Part shown: positions 53,076 to 64,000 of the stretch, piece by piece
How the letters are laid out: each line of letters starts with the position of its first letter
How positions within the stretch are numbered: position 1 is the first letter of the stretch
Source: Octopus sinensis
Lineage: Eukaryota
Reading direction: 5' to 3'
Assembly: GCF_006345805.1 (NCBI RefSeq)
Contig: NC_042997.1
Location: forward strand, 4,588,001 to 4,652,000
Length of the DNA stretch: 64,000 nucleotides
Program-made: the position numbers and the translations under genes
Notes under the pieces: model-generated
What the model saw: only the letters and a program-made list of their open reading frames with translations
Databases searched by the model: none
Told to the model about the DNA's origin: nothing

Positions 53076-54196
53076 TTCACTTTGACCGACCAACCGACAG
53101 GCGTCCATTTGACACCGCTGGTCACAGCACGCTGTCCACTCCTCTCTGGATCGCGCCTTTCTCATCCACGTGATCCCGATCGTCCTCTTGAAATCGTCAC
53201 CCCACCATCGTCGAGGTCTTCCGGGTGGTCTTTTCCGTTCACGCGGGTACCACTCGTCAACTGCGTGCGTCCACCGATTATCGGTGAGCCGGGCGACGTG
53301 TCCAGCTAATCTATACTTGCTGCGAGTATACTCAGCGATGACATCTCTCACGCCGGACTTCTTTCTGATGATGTTGTTATTTATGTGCTCTCTCAACGAG
53401 ATACCAAGCATTGACCTTTCCATGGCTCTTTGAGACGTTATCAGTCTTTGCTCTTCTCTCTTTGTGGTAGCCTATGTTTCACTACCATATAGCATTGCAG
53501 GCAGAACTGCACTGTTAATTGGGTTGGCGCGGGTGGTCCTGTCCAACCTTCCATTGAGCACATCCCTTATGCCATTGAACGCCTTCCATCCGGCCCTTAC
53601 TCTCCGTGAGATCTCCTTTTTGATATCCCGGCACATATGTACTTCCTGTCCCAGCTAGACATATTCTCTCACCTCCTCTATTTCATCACTGCCGATCACC
53701 ATTCGACCTGTTGGTACGTTGTCTGACCGCATGAACTTTGTTTTTATGCGGTTCATCTTGAGACCTACTGCAGAACTTTTGATGTCGAGCTCCGTCAACA
53801 TGGTCTGAAGCTGATCCATGTTTTCAGCGATGAGTACGATGTCGTCAGCGAAACGGAGGTGAGTGAGGAGCTCGCCATCGATGTTGACATCACCTTGCCA
53901 TTCGATGCCTCTGATGATCTGTTCGAGACATGCAGTGAAAAGTTTTGGGGAGATTGTATCTCCTTGCTTCACTCCCTTCTCGACCGGCACTCGTATGGGT
54001 GATGACAGTAGAGCTATGTCGGTGGTGCATCCGGAATTTGCCTCTCTGAGAAGCTGCACATATTGCGCTTCGATTCCTTGCCTCTGCAACGAGTTCTGCA
54101 CTGCGTTGGTTTCGACGCTCTCGAAGACCTTCTCATAATCTATAAAGGCAACGCAAAGAGGCAGCTTGTACTCATTTGCTCGCTCAAGCGGTTGCG
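53073..54196 (-). mobile_element. 5'-truncated RTE-clade LINE
   Basis: FIDYEKVFESVET.., GVKQGDTISPKLF, LRFADDIVLI, EYV*LGQ, LYGSET*AT, MERSMLG, AGHVAR..RWT..WYPR..RPPGRP. Two premature TAG stops; the 3' end abuts (TA)n. Confidence 0.93.
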
Positions 54197-54317
54197 TTAG
54201 GGTTCAGCAAAGATTTGCTTCACCACATACTGAAGTTTAGAAATCTTTGCTGAACCATAATTATAAAGTATTACTTAAGCTTACCATGAAATGGTCTTTT
54301 TTCATGCTGAATTCTAC
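54197..54317. repeat. ~120-bp direct repeat, right copy
   Basis: Directly abuts the RTE 5' truncation point. Confidence 0.9.
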
Positions 54318-54320
54318 ATA

Positions 54321-54406
<86 letters not shown>

Positions 54407-54421
54407 CTAATGATCTCTCTC

Positions 54422-54503
<82 letters not shown>

Positions 54504-54518
54504 CTAATGATCTCTCTC

Positions 54519-54564
<46 letters not shown>

Positions 54565-54884
54565 TATATATATATATATATATATATCTACAGAGTAAAT
54601 CAGCTACTTGTGATCAATCCGAACTTCCCATTGTATAATATTATCACACTCTTCTTTTTTCATTCTTGATAAGACTCTATTATTGTTTATACTACATACA
54701 TGCAACTACCTACAAAAAGAGAGATTAATATATTTATTTTACTCTATCTTCATAATTTCTTTCTTTGCAATTTTGCAATATTAAAAGTTTCCACCAAAGA
54801 AATGATGTTAATATATCCAGAAACAACTATAAAGAAAGGAACATTGTAGAATACTGAAAGCGAGATTCTCAAGATAGGAATTAG

Positions 54885-55640
54885 ATGATACTTTATAACG
54901 ATAAGAAAACGCATGCTGCAGGCCGTAAAAGAAAATATCAAGATAACAGGGAGTTAAGACTTTCACAAGATCCCCAAATGCATGCTGCATCACCTCAAAT
55001 GCAATCTCAAGAGAGAAAGGAAATGAGCGTTTCTCAAAATCAACAAAGGCATGCTACAGCACATTAGATGATTTCGTAATACAGAAGGGAGATGAAAGTT
55101 TTCCAAGATCAGGAAATGCATGCTGCAGCACATAATATGGTCTCTCGAGACAGAAGCGAGATGACACACTGTCTAGATCTGCAAAGTCATACTGCAGCAT
55201 GACAGATGAAGTCTCAGTATAGAAGGGAGACGAGAGTTTCCCAAGATTAGCACATGCATGCTGCAGCTTATCGCATGAAGTCTCAAGACAAGCGAGTTGA
55301 CATTTTCTCAAGACAAGTAAACGCATGCTGTAACACATCATATGGAGTTTCAACATAGAACGAAAATGAGATTTCCCATTTTTTCCAATTGAAACTAATG
55401 GCAAATGCTGCTCAGGTGGTATGGTAAGATTGCCAGCATTACCGGCTTCTCTTCAACCTCATAGAGATCTAGGCATTTCCATTTAATTAAAGGGTGTTGT
55501 GAACAATATCAGACAATACTTCTCTGCATTTCAAATAATTTCGTTTGGTGCATCTAACGTGATAGTTGAACATGGATTTAAAGTTCAAGGGCAAGTGTAT
55601 TATCTCATTGCACCTTGTTACCCATAAATGAATAACTAGA
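54885..55640 (+). mobile_element. Helitron RepHel N-terminal remnant with 69-bp (23-codon) repeats
   Basis: gcatgctgcagc-type motif at 54911, 54980, 55049, 55118, 55187, 55256 and 55323. Followed by ETNGKCCSGGMVRLP..NNIRQY.SAFQ..SFGA..FKVQGQVYY, matching the RepHel N-terminal region. Confidence 0.8.
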
Positions 55641-56454
55641 CTTCATTCACATTTACCTCATGTGTGATGTAGGACAACGTGCCCGAAGGATGTGTCAAAA
55701 TTTCAGACGGTGTGTCCTATTAGACGCAGTACCAACTGCCGCAAAGGAGAGGATATCCACGGACAGCTTTTCGGTGCGTTCAAAATTCACATACACTCCA
55801 ACCCCAAAATCCAATGACCTTGTACGGGCCTGGAATTCACCAAACATAGGCATGGCAGAGGCATGATTCGCCATCATTAGCTCCACACATATGTTGTTGC
55901 CAATCCTGCCCTCTCCCGTATCATCTGTTTCAACATAACCGTAATACATATACGAACTATGCCATTTTAATCTCGACCATGCCTGTTATCGTTACTAGTA
56001 TATATATATATATATATAAATCCGGCTAAAGAAACACCTGACTACCAACATATCTTCTTTCTCCAAACATTTTAAATCAAATGCGACAACACCGCAAAAG
56101 ACGTAGACCCTTCCATACTGTGAAATACATGCAATCTCCGTATCAAGAAGTCCTTACTGATCCATACACTAAATTCAAAAAATGTTATAGTCAATCGGAG
56201 TTGGGTTGGTGTCGCCTATATATAAGTTCACTGCGATCACAACCAGCATGCTTATCGGTACCTCGTGATCAAATTTATTGCTCCTCAACAACTGCTTCAC
56301 CTTCACCACAACGTCCACCACAGCTCCTACCTACTCCGATAATGAATGTTGTTGTTGACAGCCATTACCTTGTTTACGACTACTACAAGGACATATACAA
56401 CGGCACTTACTACCATTATCAACCACACCGATGTAGACAGCAACATCACCGATT

Positions 56455-56900
56455 ACTAACATTCACCTTTCCTTATCATATAAGACTTATATCTGATATC
56501 TTTGTGGACAACATTTCTGACTGTTCATTCTTACTCATGGATATCTTTTGCAATTGACCTCATGGACTTTCATGGACTGTAATTCTGATAATTTTAGAGC
56601 GTTTAGAATGCTTTGTATGATTTGATACTGGTGATACGTTTCCATCTTCAGTCTGTAGTTCCTTACAAACCTTGTAGACGAAAGATCTGGCAACTTTTAA
56701 AACTCAAAGCATATCTAAATTCCTATGCTCAGTATTTTTAACCTCAATAAGTAATTGCCTCTTCATTTCTTGAGTAAGCTGATGGTCTACCATTATTATT
56801 TTCTGAAAGAATGATCATACAAAGTTAGCAAAAAATGCAGCAATGACCACAATAAGTTAAGTCCTCAAATACCTCCCAAATGTTTCTCTAAGTTGTTTTT
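56455..56900 (-). mobile_element. Tc1/mariner-superfamily 5' fragment
   Basis: QEMKRQ..LKVAR..VYKVCKEL..KSMRSIAKDI..TVRNVVHKDIRYKSY: HTH region of a Tc1/mariner transposase. Confidence 0.7.
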
Positions 56901-59900
56901 GCTTAATCTGACAGTTTGTCGAAATCGTCAACACTGATATTAAACAATCCGTTGTTAATTCTCAATGGAAAGTATTGAATCTTTTATGAATTATTACCAA
57001 ATATAATGTTTTATAGATTCATGTATATATGCATGAATAACATAACTCACAATAAAATAAAACGAAAGAATTACATATATTATAATAAATTTCCTATAAA
57101 CTCAATGTTTGTAGACAAGGTATCAAACATAAAACATTTAGGAAAATGGAGAACAGCATTGTACAATGCGGTATTCTATCCATGGAAAACAATATTTTAT
57201 CATATTTGGTAAAACATCTGAACACATATACGATCTTTTTATGGTAGTTCTGAATTTTAATGTTTTTCTTTTTTTATAAAATACAAAGATTGAATTCAGA
57301 TAATGTTACTAATAATCATTTGATATATCTCTTCTACATGGTGTATCACTTCGCAGGCGTCAGCGAAAATTGTAAGAGAATTAACGTTGCACTTCCCATA
57401 TTTCTGTCATTCTCTGGATGAATTTATTGAATGTTGGTTTTAAGCAAATGTATATATGCATGTATATTTGAGTGAGTATGTATATATGTATATGTCTATA
57501 TGTATGCATGCATGTATGTATGAATGGGAACTGACCAAACGCAGGAACCTCACACGGCACAATGTCGAGATTGCTTTTTATATCATCATGCATCAAGAGT
57601 AATGATGGCAAAGGTTGGTATTCAAATTGAGATGGTGAAGTTGAGATGCTGAATATGAATATATGAAATAGCATGGGTCATATCATTCCTAGGGTGAGGA
57701 ACAAGACGTTATAGACAAGAATGATAAACGTAGGATTTACTAGGTTCATTTCTCAAATAGAAATTTGACATTGCATACACTCGGTGGCAGTAAGGATGAA
57801 GAAATTCAGTATATTATTTCACTTTTAACCTGATTTTAACTTGTAAGTCTCATATTATTCATTCCTCATTTCATAATTGTGTTAACCTTAATTATGATTT
57901 GCTGACTAGTTTTATTCAGTTAGCTTTCATAACTAGGATATTAAAATGTCTTTCAGTTGCCTATTGATTAAATTGGCTATTTCACTAACTTCTCAGCGAT
58001 TAATTTGGCGATAAAAGTGATCAATATTGCGATTCACTTGACTAACTCCACATATAAATGCAGATAAATAATGGAATTTGAAGACTTCTCTCTTAAATGC
58101 TGTAACGGCTTCCCTGGACATATCTATTATACAATTTTGTAGTAAAACTTCCGTGAAAGGTTTAAGATTCCACGCATACACGAATTCTTTTAAATATACA
58201 CAAGTAGATTTGCGTATACACGAATGAATTTTATACGCAAGTAAACCACATGCTACTGTATACACATACATGTTTATATATACCACATTATCTCCTATAA
58301 CGTATATGGCATACGTTCTATGTAGAATATGTGTATGATATCTTCATAGTTGTGAATATATAGAACAAAAGTATTTCAACGCTATTAATAAATTATAACT
58401 GTATAATCTTACAATTAGAGTTAGAAAGATAGCTATTGGGTACACGAATATTTTTGTAGTAAATCATTTTTAGGACTTATAATATTCACTATGAACTGAT
58501 ACCAATTCACTAAGAATTAATACCATTTGAGACTGTTCGATACGAATACAAACAGAAAAAAAATAATGCACAAGGTTTAATTTAATAAATTATAAGTTGC
58601 ATCATTGTATACGATTATATACTTAATTCTGAAGGTATATCTGGCAAAACTATTGGAATGTCTGACACCTTTACGTTGTAAGAATAAATATAAATGGATA
58701 AATATATGCGAATGAATTTTTATATATCTGTATATAAAGAATTTTATTGTCAAATTGTATTAAACTCATATCATTTTGATTTTATTGTTATGGAAGTAAT
58801 TTGTTAAACTTTTTATACAGTTTTTCTACATATGCCGATTTCAAATATATTTAAATATTATGATTTTATGAAATGTCATTCATTCCACATATCAAATATT
58901 TGAAATCTATATATTGGTAACAAATCGTGTTAGACAGGTGAATTTGTGAAATATTGTTTTGCTGAGGATATTTTGGCGTGTTTCATTCAAAATATTTTAT
59001 GTGTATCATTAACGTATATGCCTAGAACTAATGTATACACAAAACTGGGTTTCATTTCACTAACACTAAAATGCTTCTGTCTCCTATTCTTTTTCTTTTT
59101 CACTCAACGAATTCCTTAACTTGTAGCGTTCCTTTACACCCAGGTACTAAAATCGTGCTGCCCGCCAATTTCTGTTTTCATTTCTAAATTCATGGTACAA
59201 TTCTAAATGGAATGGAAAACCTTCGCTGCGGTTATCTGCCTGAATCGTTCGGGAATTAATGAAACACATTCAAAATCAACGACAATCATTATTACTACGC
59301 CATGAATTCTCGAAAGAGATAATATCATTTCTCAATAATTATTACCTTTGAGGGACTATCGTTTGCAAAAATAAACATTTACTTTGAGATGCATGTTGCT
59401 TTCATCCATGTATTCACCATGTGATGTAATATCTAACGATTAAAATCAGGAATTCGCAGTATATATTCTCATAATTGCATAAAAGATTTGAGAGTTTTCT
59501 TCCAATTCATTCGACAATAAACAGTTATAGACGACTGCAAATAGAGGCTTAATATCTGAAACAAAATAACTGTTAATCAATCATTCAGTAGAAATAGTAA
59601 TCTGAAATAAAGCCACTGAAGAACGAATCCTTCAAAGTCTTATTAACTATTGTGTATAATTACTATGTCATAAACTTCAAGTTATCTTACTTCGGTTCAT
59701 ATAGACACACGTGTATGTGTGCGTGCGTGTGTGTGTGTGGGTGTGTGGGTGTGTGGGTGTGTGTGTGTTTATGCATATATGTCACGTCTGAGTTCTCTGC
59801 TGAATCTGACAAGGAGATGATTTCAGCTTGAGGATCTCCCTGTTTCCAGTTCTTCAATAGACTGGATGAACTTTGATGGTCAGTTTTATGACTATTTTCA

Positions 59901-59964
59901 TCTTCACATTCCACAGGACCGTTGTGAGTATCAACATCTTCGATAGAGATCCACAAAGTATTCT

Positions 59965-60300
59965 CCTATACCCTAGTGACAGATGGAAGCGTTTGCTTGT
60001 AAACACTTGATATCTGTGACAGACATTACTTTAAGAAAGAAGTCTGGAGGAGCAGCATTTAAACTTCCACCAACTATCCTGCATGTGCACACCTTTCAAT
60101 GGCATGTATGCCATAAGGCCTGCAAATCTAACAGAGACCTCAAAAGACATTTTGAGTTCCACCAACAACAGAACTTACTTGCAGCTCTGGGTGATCTAAA
60201 TCGGATATGCAATCTATGTAGGTGTCTTTTTCGAAACATTGGTTTGAAAATAAACACATGAAACGATATGATGTAGGTACAGTAGGTGCTTAGACTCTGA
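59965..60300 (+). mobile_element. LINE (RTE-like) 3' end remnant with two C2H2-like fingers
   Basis: HVCHKACKSNRDLKRH and CNLCRCLFRNIG.K..HMKR, followed by a short tail and (TA)n. Confidence 0.5.
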
Positions 60301-60320
60301 AGAAGTAGATAACCATATAT

Positions 60321-60370
<50 letters not shown>

Positions 60371-60499
60371 TATATATATATATATATATATATATGCTTG
60401 TATGTGTGTGTATGTGTGTGTATGTATGTATGTACATGAGTGTGTGTATATATAATTGAAATTTACAAAAAGAAGACAAGGACAGGTCTATAAACAAGC

Positions 60500-60790
60500 T
60501 GGCGCATTAGCTTGACGCTCGGGAAAGTGAGAAAGTTTGCATCTATAACGTAAAATCTGTTCTGTCTAGAATCTCGGGCATCCTCAATCCGATTGCGCTC
60601 AAATTTGATATGTCGATACCGACGGTATCTGGGCGTGCACGAGTCTTGCAAAAAATTACAAAAATCGATTCCAGGGGAGTATGCGATCGATAAAACTGTG
60701 GGAACGTGCATTTGTACGCGGAAGTACATCAGCTTTTGTGATCTATGCTGCGTGTACGCAAGAAAAAAGTTCATCTTTATTTCTTTTTTT
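60500..60790 (+). mobile_element. Possible Helentron/DINE-1-like non-autonomous repeat
   Basis: CpG-rich island containing atctcgg...ccgattgcgctcaaatttgatatg, reminiscent of the DINE-1/HINE core. Confidence 0.3.
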
Positions 60791-61499
60791 TGGTGGTGTC
60801 TCAAAAATTTAGGCTAAATCAGTGTTCCTCAAAGGGGAGGCTTCTGGGACGGCCGGACAAGTTGGTTTGAGAAAATGTGGTTTAAATGTTTGACAACTAA
60901 TCACCGATCATTCGACGTGGGGAGCGTTTAGCTCGTATATATATATAGAAAAAAGGTCGTCAGAATTTTGGAACAAAATCCTTTTATTTCTTCGTTAGTA
61001 TTAGTGCTTTCCTTCGTTTCTCGAATATGTGAAATAGAATTTTGGCAATGTACAAACACCTTGTTCATTTATATAAAACAGATGTGTTCGGGGTTTTGTT
61101 TAGAAGATGAAAACAGTTTTTTGAGGGGAAGGGAGGTCCAATGACAATGGAGACAGATGGATAGAAATATAGGTTTGTAGATAGGTTGATTGATAGATTC
61201 GTAGATAGATAGATAGTTACTCAGACAGACTAATAGATACTTAGGTAGAAAGAAGGTGAGAGAGAAGGGTATCCCCCTTCTTATTCACCATTCATTTATT
61301 TATTTTGTCATTTACCATTTTATTGGAATGGATTTTGGGATGGTGACCTCTTAAAATAATAGTGTGGTGTTATCATTATTGAAAGTATTTCTGCTTTATT
61401 TCTACCTACCCCTATTCTTCCTTTTCCGCTTTCTTCCTTTTTCTCCTCTTATCTTCTCTTTTCCCCTCTTTCTTTCTATTTCTCGTCTTTGAGTTTTAT

Positions 61500-62875
61500 T
61501 TATAATGCAAAATGTACTGTCTCTGCTTCCTTTTCAAACATTCAGTTTTGGAGAGAATCCCTTGAGGAAGTGTGTGTGTGTGTGTATGTGTGGCGGGAAG
61601 GTGTCTTTAGGTATACTATGTTACCTCCATGCTTTGAATTGAAAAACAGTCACAGAACTTTCAATTTCATGGTTTACATCTGAGATCATTAGCATAACGT
61701 TTACAAACTAGAAAAACACGCAAAGCTCAGAACACCTCAATACCACACACATACACATAAATATTTACAAAGATAAGCGTTATGTTTCCGATATTTTTGT
61801 TATAATAAGAATACAAAATGTACTGTCTCTGCTTTTCTTTCACACATTCAATTTTCGAGAGAATTTTTAGATGAAATGTAGTTCCATTGCTTTCAGTATT
61901 GCGCATCGTCCCGTGAACAATTGTAAAAGGGAGGAATTTTGAATTTTCCGTCGCTGCATATTTTCATATGCTTACTTAAATGGAATCTTCCATTAATTCT
62001 CCTGTCGGATATGTTGCCTGTGGATTCTTGCACGTTGGCAAAGGGAATTATTTGTGTCGCCAATGTAATATGATGTTTTGCGTTTTGCAGTTCATATCTG
62101 CATTCATTTTGAAAAGGGATCCACTCTTGAAATTTATGTGGGAACCACTTTCTAAGTATTATATTTAAAGTTGGTGGTGCATGTTTCACATCTCCTATCT
62201 CCACATTCTTTTACTAAGAATTCCGATTCCCTCTCTGATTTGATTTCTGCCCTTGTGAGGTGTTTTTTCGGATTTGTTTTGGCGTCTACTATGCCGTAAG
62301 GTGTTTTTTTTTTCAATCACAGTTTTTTCATTTTGGGGCTTTGTAGAAATGTAGGTAAGTTCGATTTTATGGCGTGAAAGATGCTGGTTGTTCCACGACT
62401 GTGTGTATTAACGAACGGAATCGTGTTTTCATTAACTTTTTCTTAGGTGCCCGTAGTTGGGTAATGTTCAATTTTATGCCTCATTACTTAATTCTAAGGG
62501 GTATTTCTGCATTGTGAGAAACCCTTTGAGTTCGTTGAGTTGATTTTACGTATTTTATGGTCACTTACTATAGCACTAATGCGTCTTGCCATGCTGTATG
62601 AGTTGTTTCTTTTGATGTGTGAGGGATGACACGAGTAGAAATTGAAATATTGGTGTGAGTATTTTTTGTAATATATGTCTGTTGTGACTATGGAGTTCTG
62701 TATTTTTATGCGGATATCCAGGAATGTTAATTCATTGCAAGGGATTCTTTTGTGAATTTGATCAATGAGAGAACTGTATTCAGTATGTTGTTAAATATAC
62801 TTAGATCTTCACTGAATCTGTCCCAGAATATGAAACAAACGTCAAGTAACCTTTCCAATTTTAATGATATATTTC
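61500..62875 (-). mobile_element. 5'-truncated Penelope-type element (RT C-terminus, thumb, EN) with tandem pLTR
   Basis: NWK.LLDVCFIFW (YLDD altered), LTFLDI..TDIYYK..SCHPSHIKRN..MARRI..QKYP, IPFV, LSKHMKICSDGKF.IPPFY..KAMELHFI. The ORF end is duplicated at 61509 and 61815 (period ~306). Confidence 0.88.
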
Positions 62876-63241
62876 AAAATTTTCTATCTATCTATCTGTT
62901 TGACAATCTATCTATCTATCTATCATTCTATTCATCTATCAAGCTATCTGCCTGCGTATATTTCTATCTATCTCCATTGTCATGTAATATCAACCCCCAC
63001 CAAAAAAAAAACATGTTCTCCTCTTCTCAAAAAAACCCAAAAGAAATATTTTTTATATAAATGAACTAGCTATTTGTACATTCACAAAATTCAATTTTTG
63101 ACAAGTTCAACAAACGAACGAAAGTGTTAATACTAATGTAGAAATATAAAGAAATTTTCCCAAAATTCTGAAGGCTTTTTCCTCGATATTCAATTTCTGT
63201 ACACAACACCAAACACTAAAACACACACACACACACTCTTT

Positions 63242-63294
<53 letters not shown>

Positions 63295-63327
63295 AGTCTC
63301 TCTGTTTTTGCGTGTGTGTACGTATAC

Positions 63328-63400
<73 letters not shown>

Positions 63401-64000
63401 TACATGTATTATATACATATGTGTATAGGTATGCATGTATACATATCTTTATATAGATGTGTATATATGTATATATATATACATTCATATATATATTTAT
63501 AAATGTGTGTGTATGTGTTTGTGTATGTATATGTATATGTATATGGATATTTCAATTTAATATTTACGTACTTTTTGATTATTGGCATATGTAAACTGTC
63601 GTCTGAATTGTAGTAAATATTAATTCGTTTATCATTGCGATCGTCGAAATTTACTTAAGTTCTTTATCAAAATCTATTATTACTTTAAATCCATCCCAAA
63701 TCGAATGCACTGCAAATAATTTGCAATAAATACTGTAACATTTTTCTATTGTAAATCATATTTTAATCAGAAAATTTGATTCAAAAAGCAAAAATGTGTA
63801 TTCTCATGATGCGTTGCGAATATTCCGAAGCTAAAAACGTATGCTATAAGTGCCAAAAACGTAAATTGCTAATACTTTTTAGAAGATCAAGTACCTCTCC
63901 AAATACGTGGGCGTCACTTGCTTGCATTTAGCATTCAGTAGATCGTAATAGAAATGTAAAATTTCTGTCAAATATAATTGACATCAAACAGAAAATAAAT

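Noticed and set aside
54403-54525. Repeated tgccctaatgatctctctctgtc with a CCCTAA hexamer as a telomeric relic
   Set aside because: Only a single hexamer per copy; best explained by slippage duplication within a (TA)n array.
56630-56660. Minus-strand CTGAAGA-tg-GAAAC-GTA motif
   Set aside because: No stem II or stem I; it lies within a Tc1/mariner coding remnant.
57535-57660. Possible minus-strand exon (cag|..ccgt|gtgagg)
   Set aside because: No recognisable protein similarity and no partner exon; compatible with chance.
59687-59956. Minus-strand 89-aa ORF as a host exon
   Set aside because: Weak splice signals, it runs into a microsatellite, and it adjoins a plus-strand LINE 3' remnant that may explain the composition.

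Overview
AT-rich, microsatellite-dense animal genomic DNA. The tRNA-derived SINE families resemble those of octopus (recognised from memory, not searched). No host gene can be called with confidence; only two weak candidate exons are noted. The window is mostly retroelement and DNA transposon remnants: several Penelope-like elements (PLEs), a minus-strand cluster of R4/Dong-type non-LTR fragments, RTE LINEs, Tc1/mariner and Helitron fragments, and many SINEs. The PLEs include a Naiad-type copy with an inverted pLTR at 1814-4451, a Neptune-type deletion derivative at the window start and a Penelope RT-EN remnant at 61.5-62.9 kb. The most striking signal is a set of hammerhead ribozyme (HHR) motifs in short non-coding repeat units. 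(1) A young 445-bp HHR unit occurs as 2.4 tandem copies plus one exactly unit-length, circularly permuted inverted copy between two (TA)n arrays (33698-35199). (2) A 363-bp unit carries a minimal HHR with a compensatory U3-A8 core variant (27449-27884). (3) Further solitary or variant HHRs lie at about 0.7, 16.4, 16.6, 18.1 and 37.7 kb. Together these look like a retrozyme-like, circular-RNA-templated system mobilised by PLE machinery into (TA)n microsatellites. That interpretation is inference and needs folding, cleavage and RNA data.
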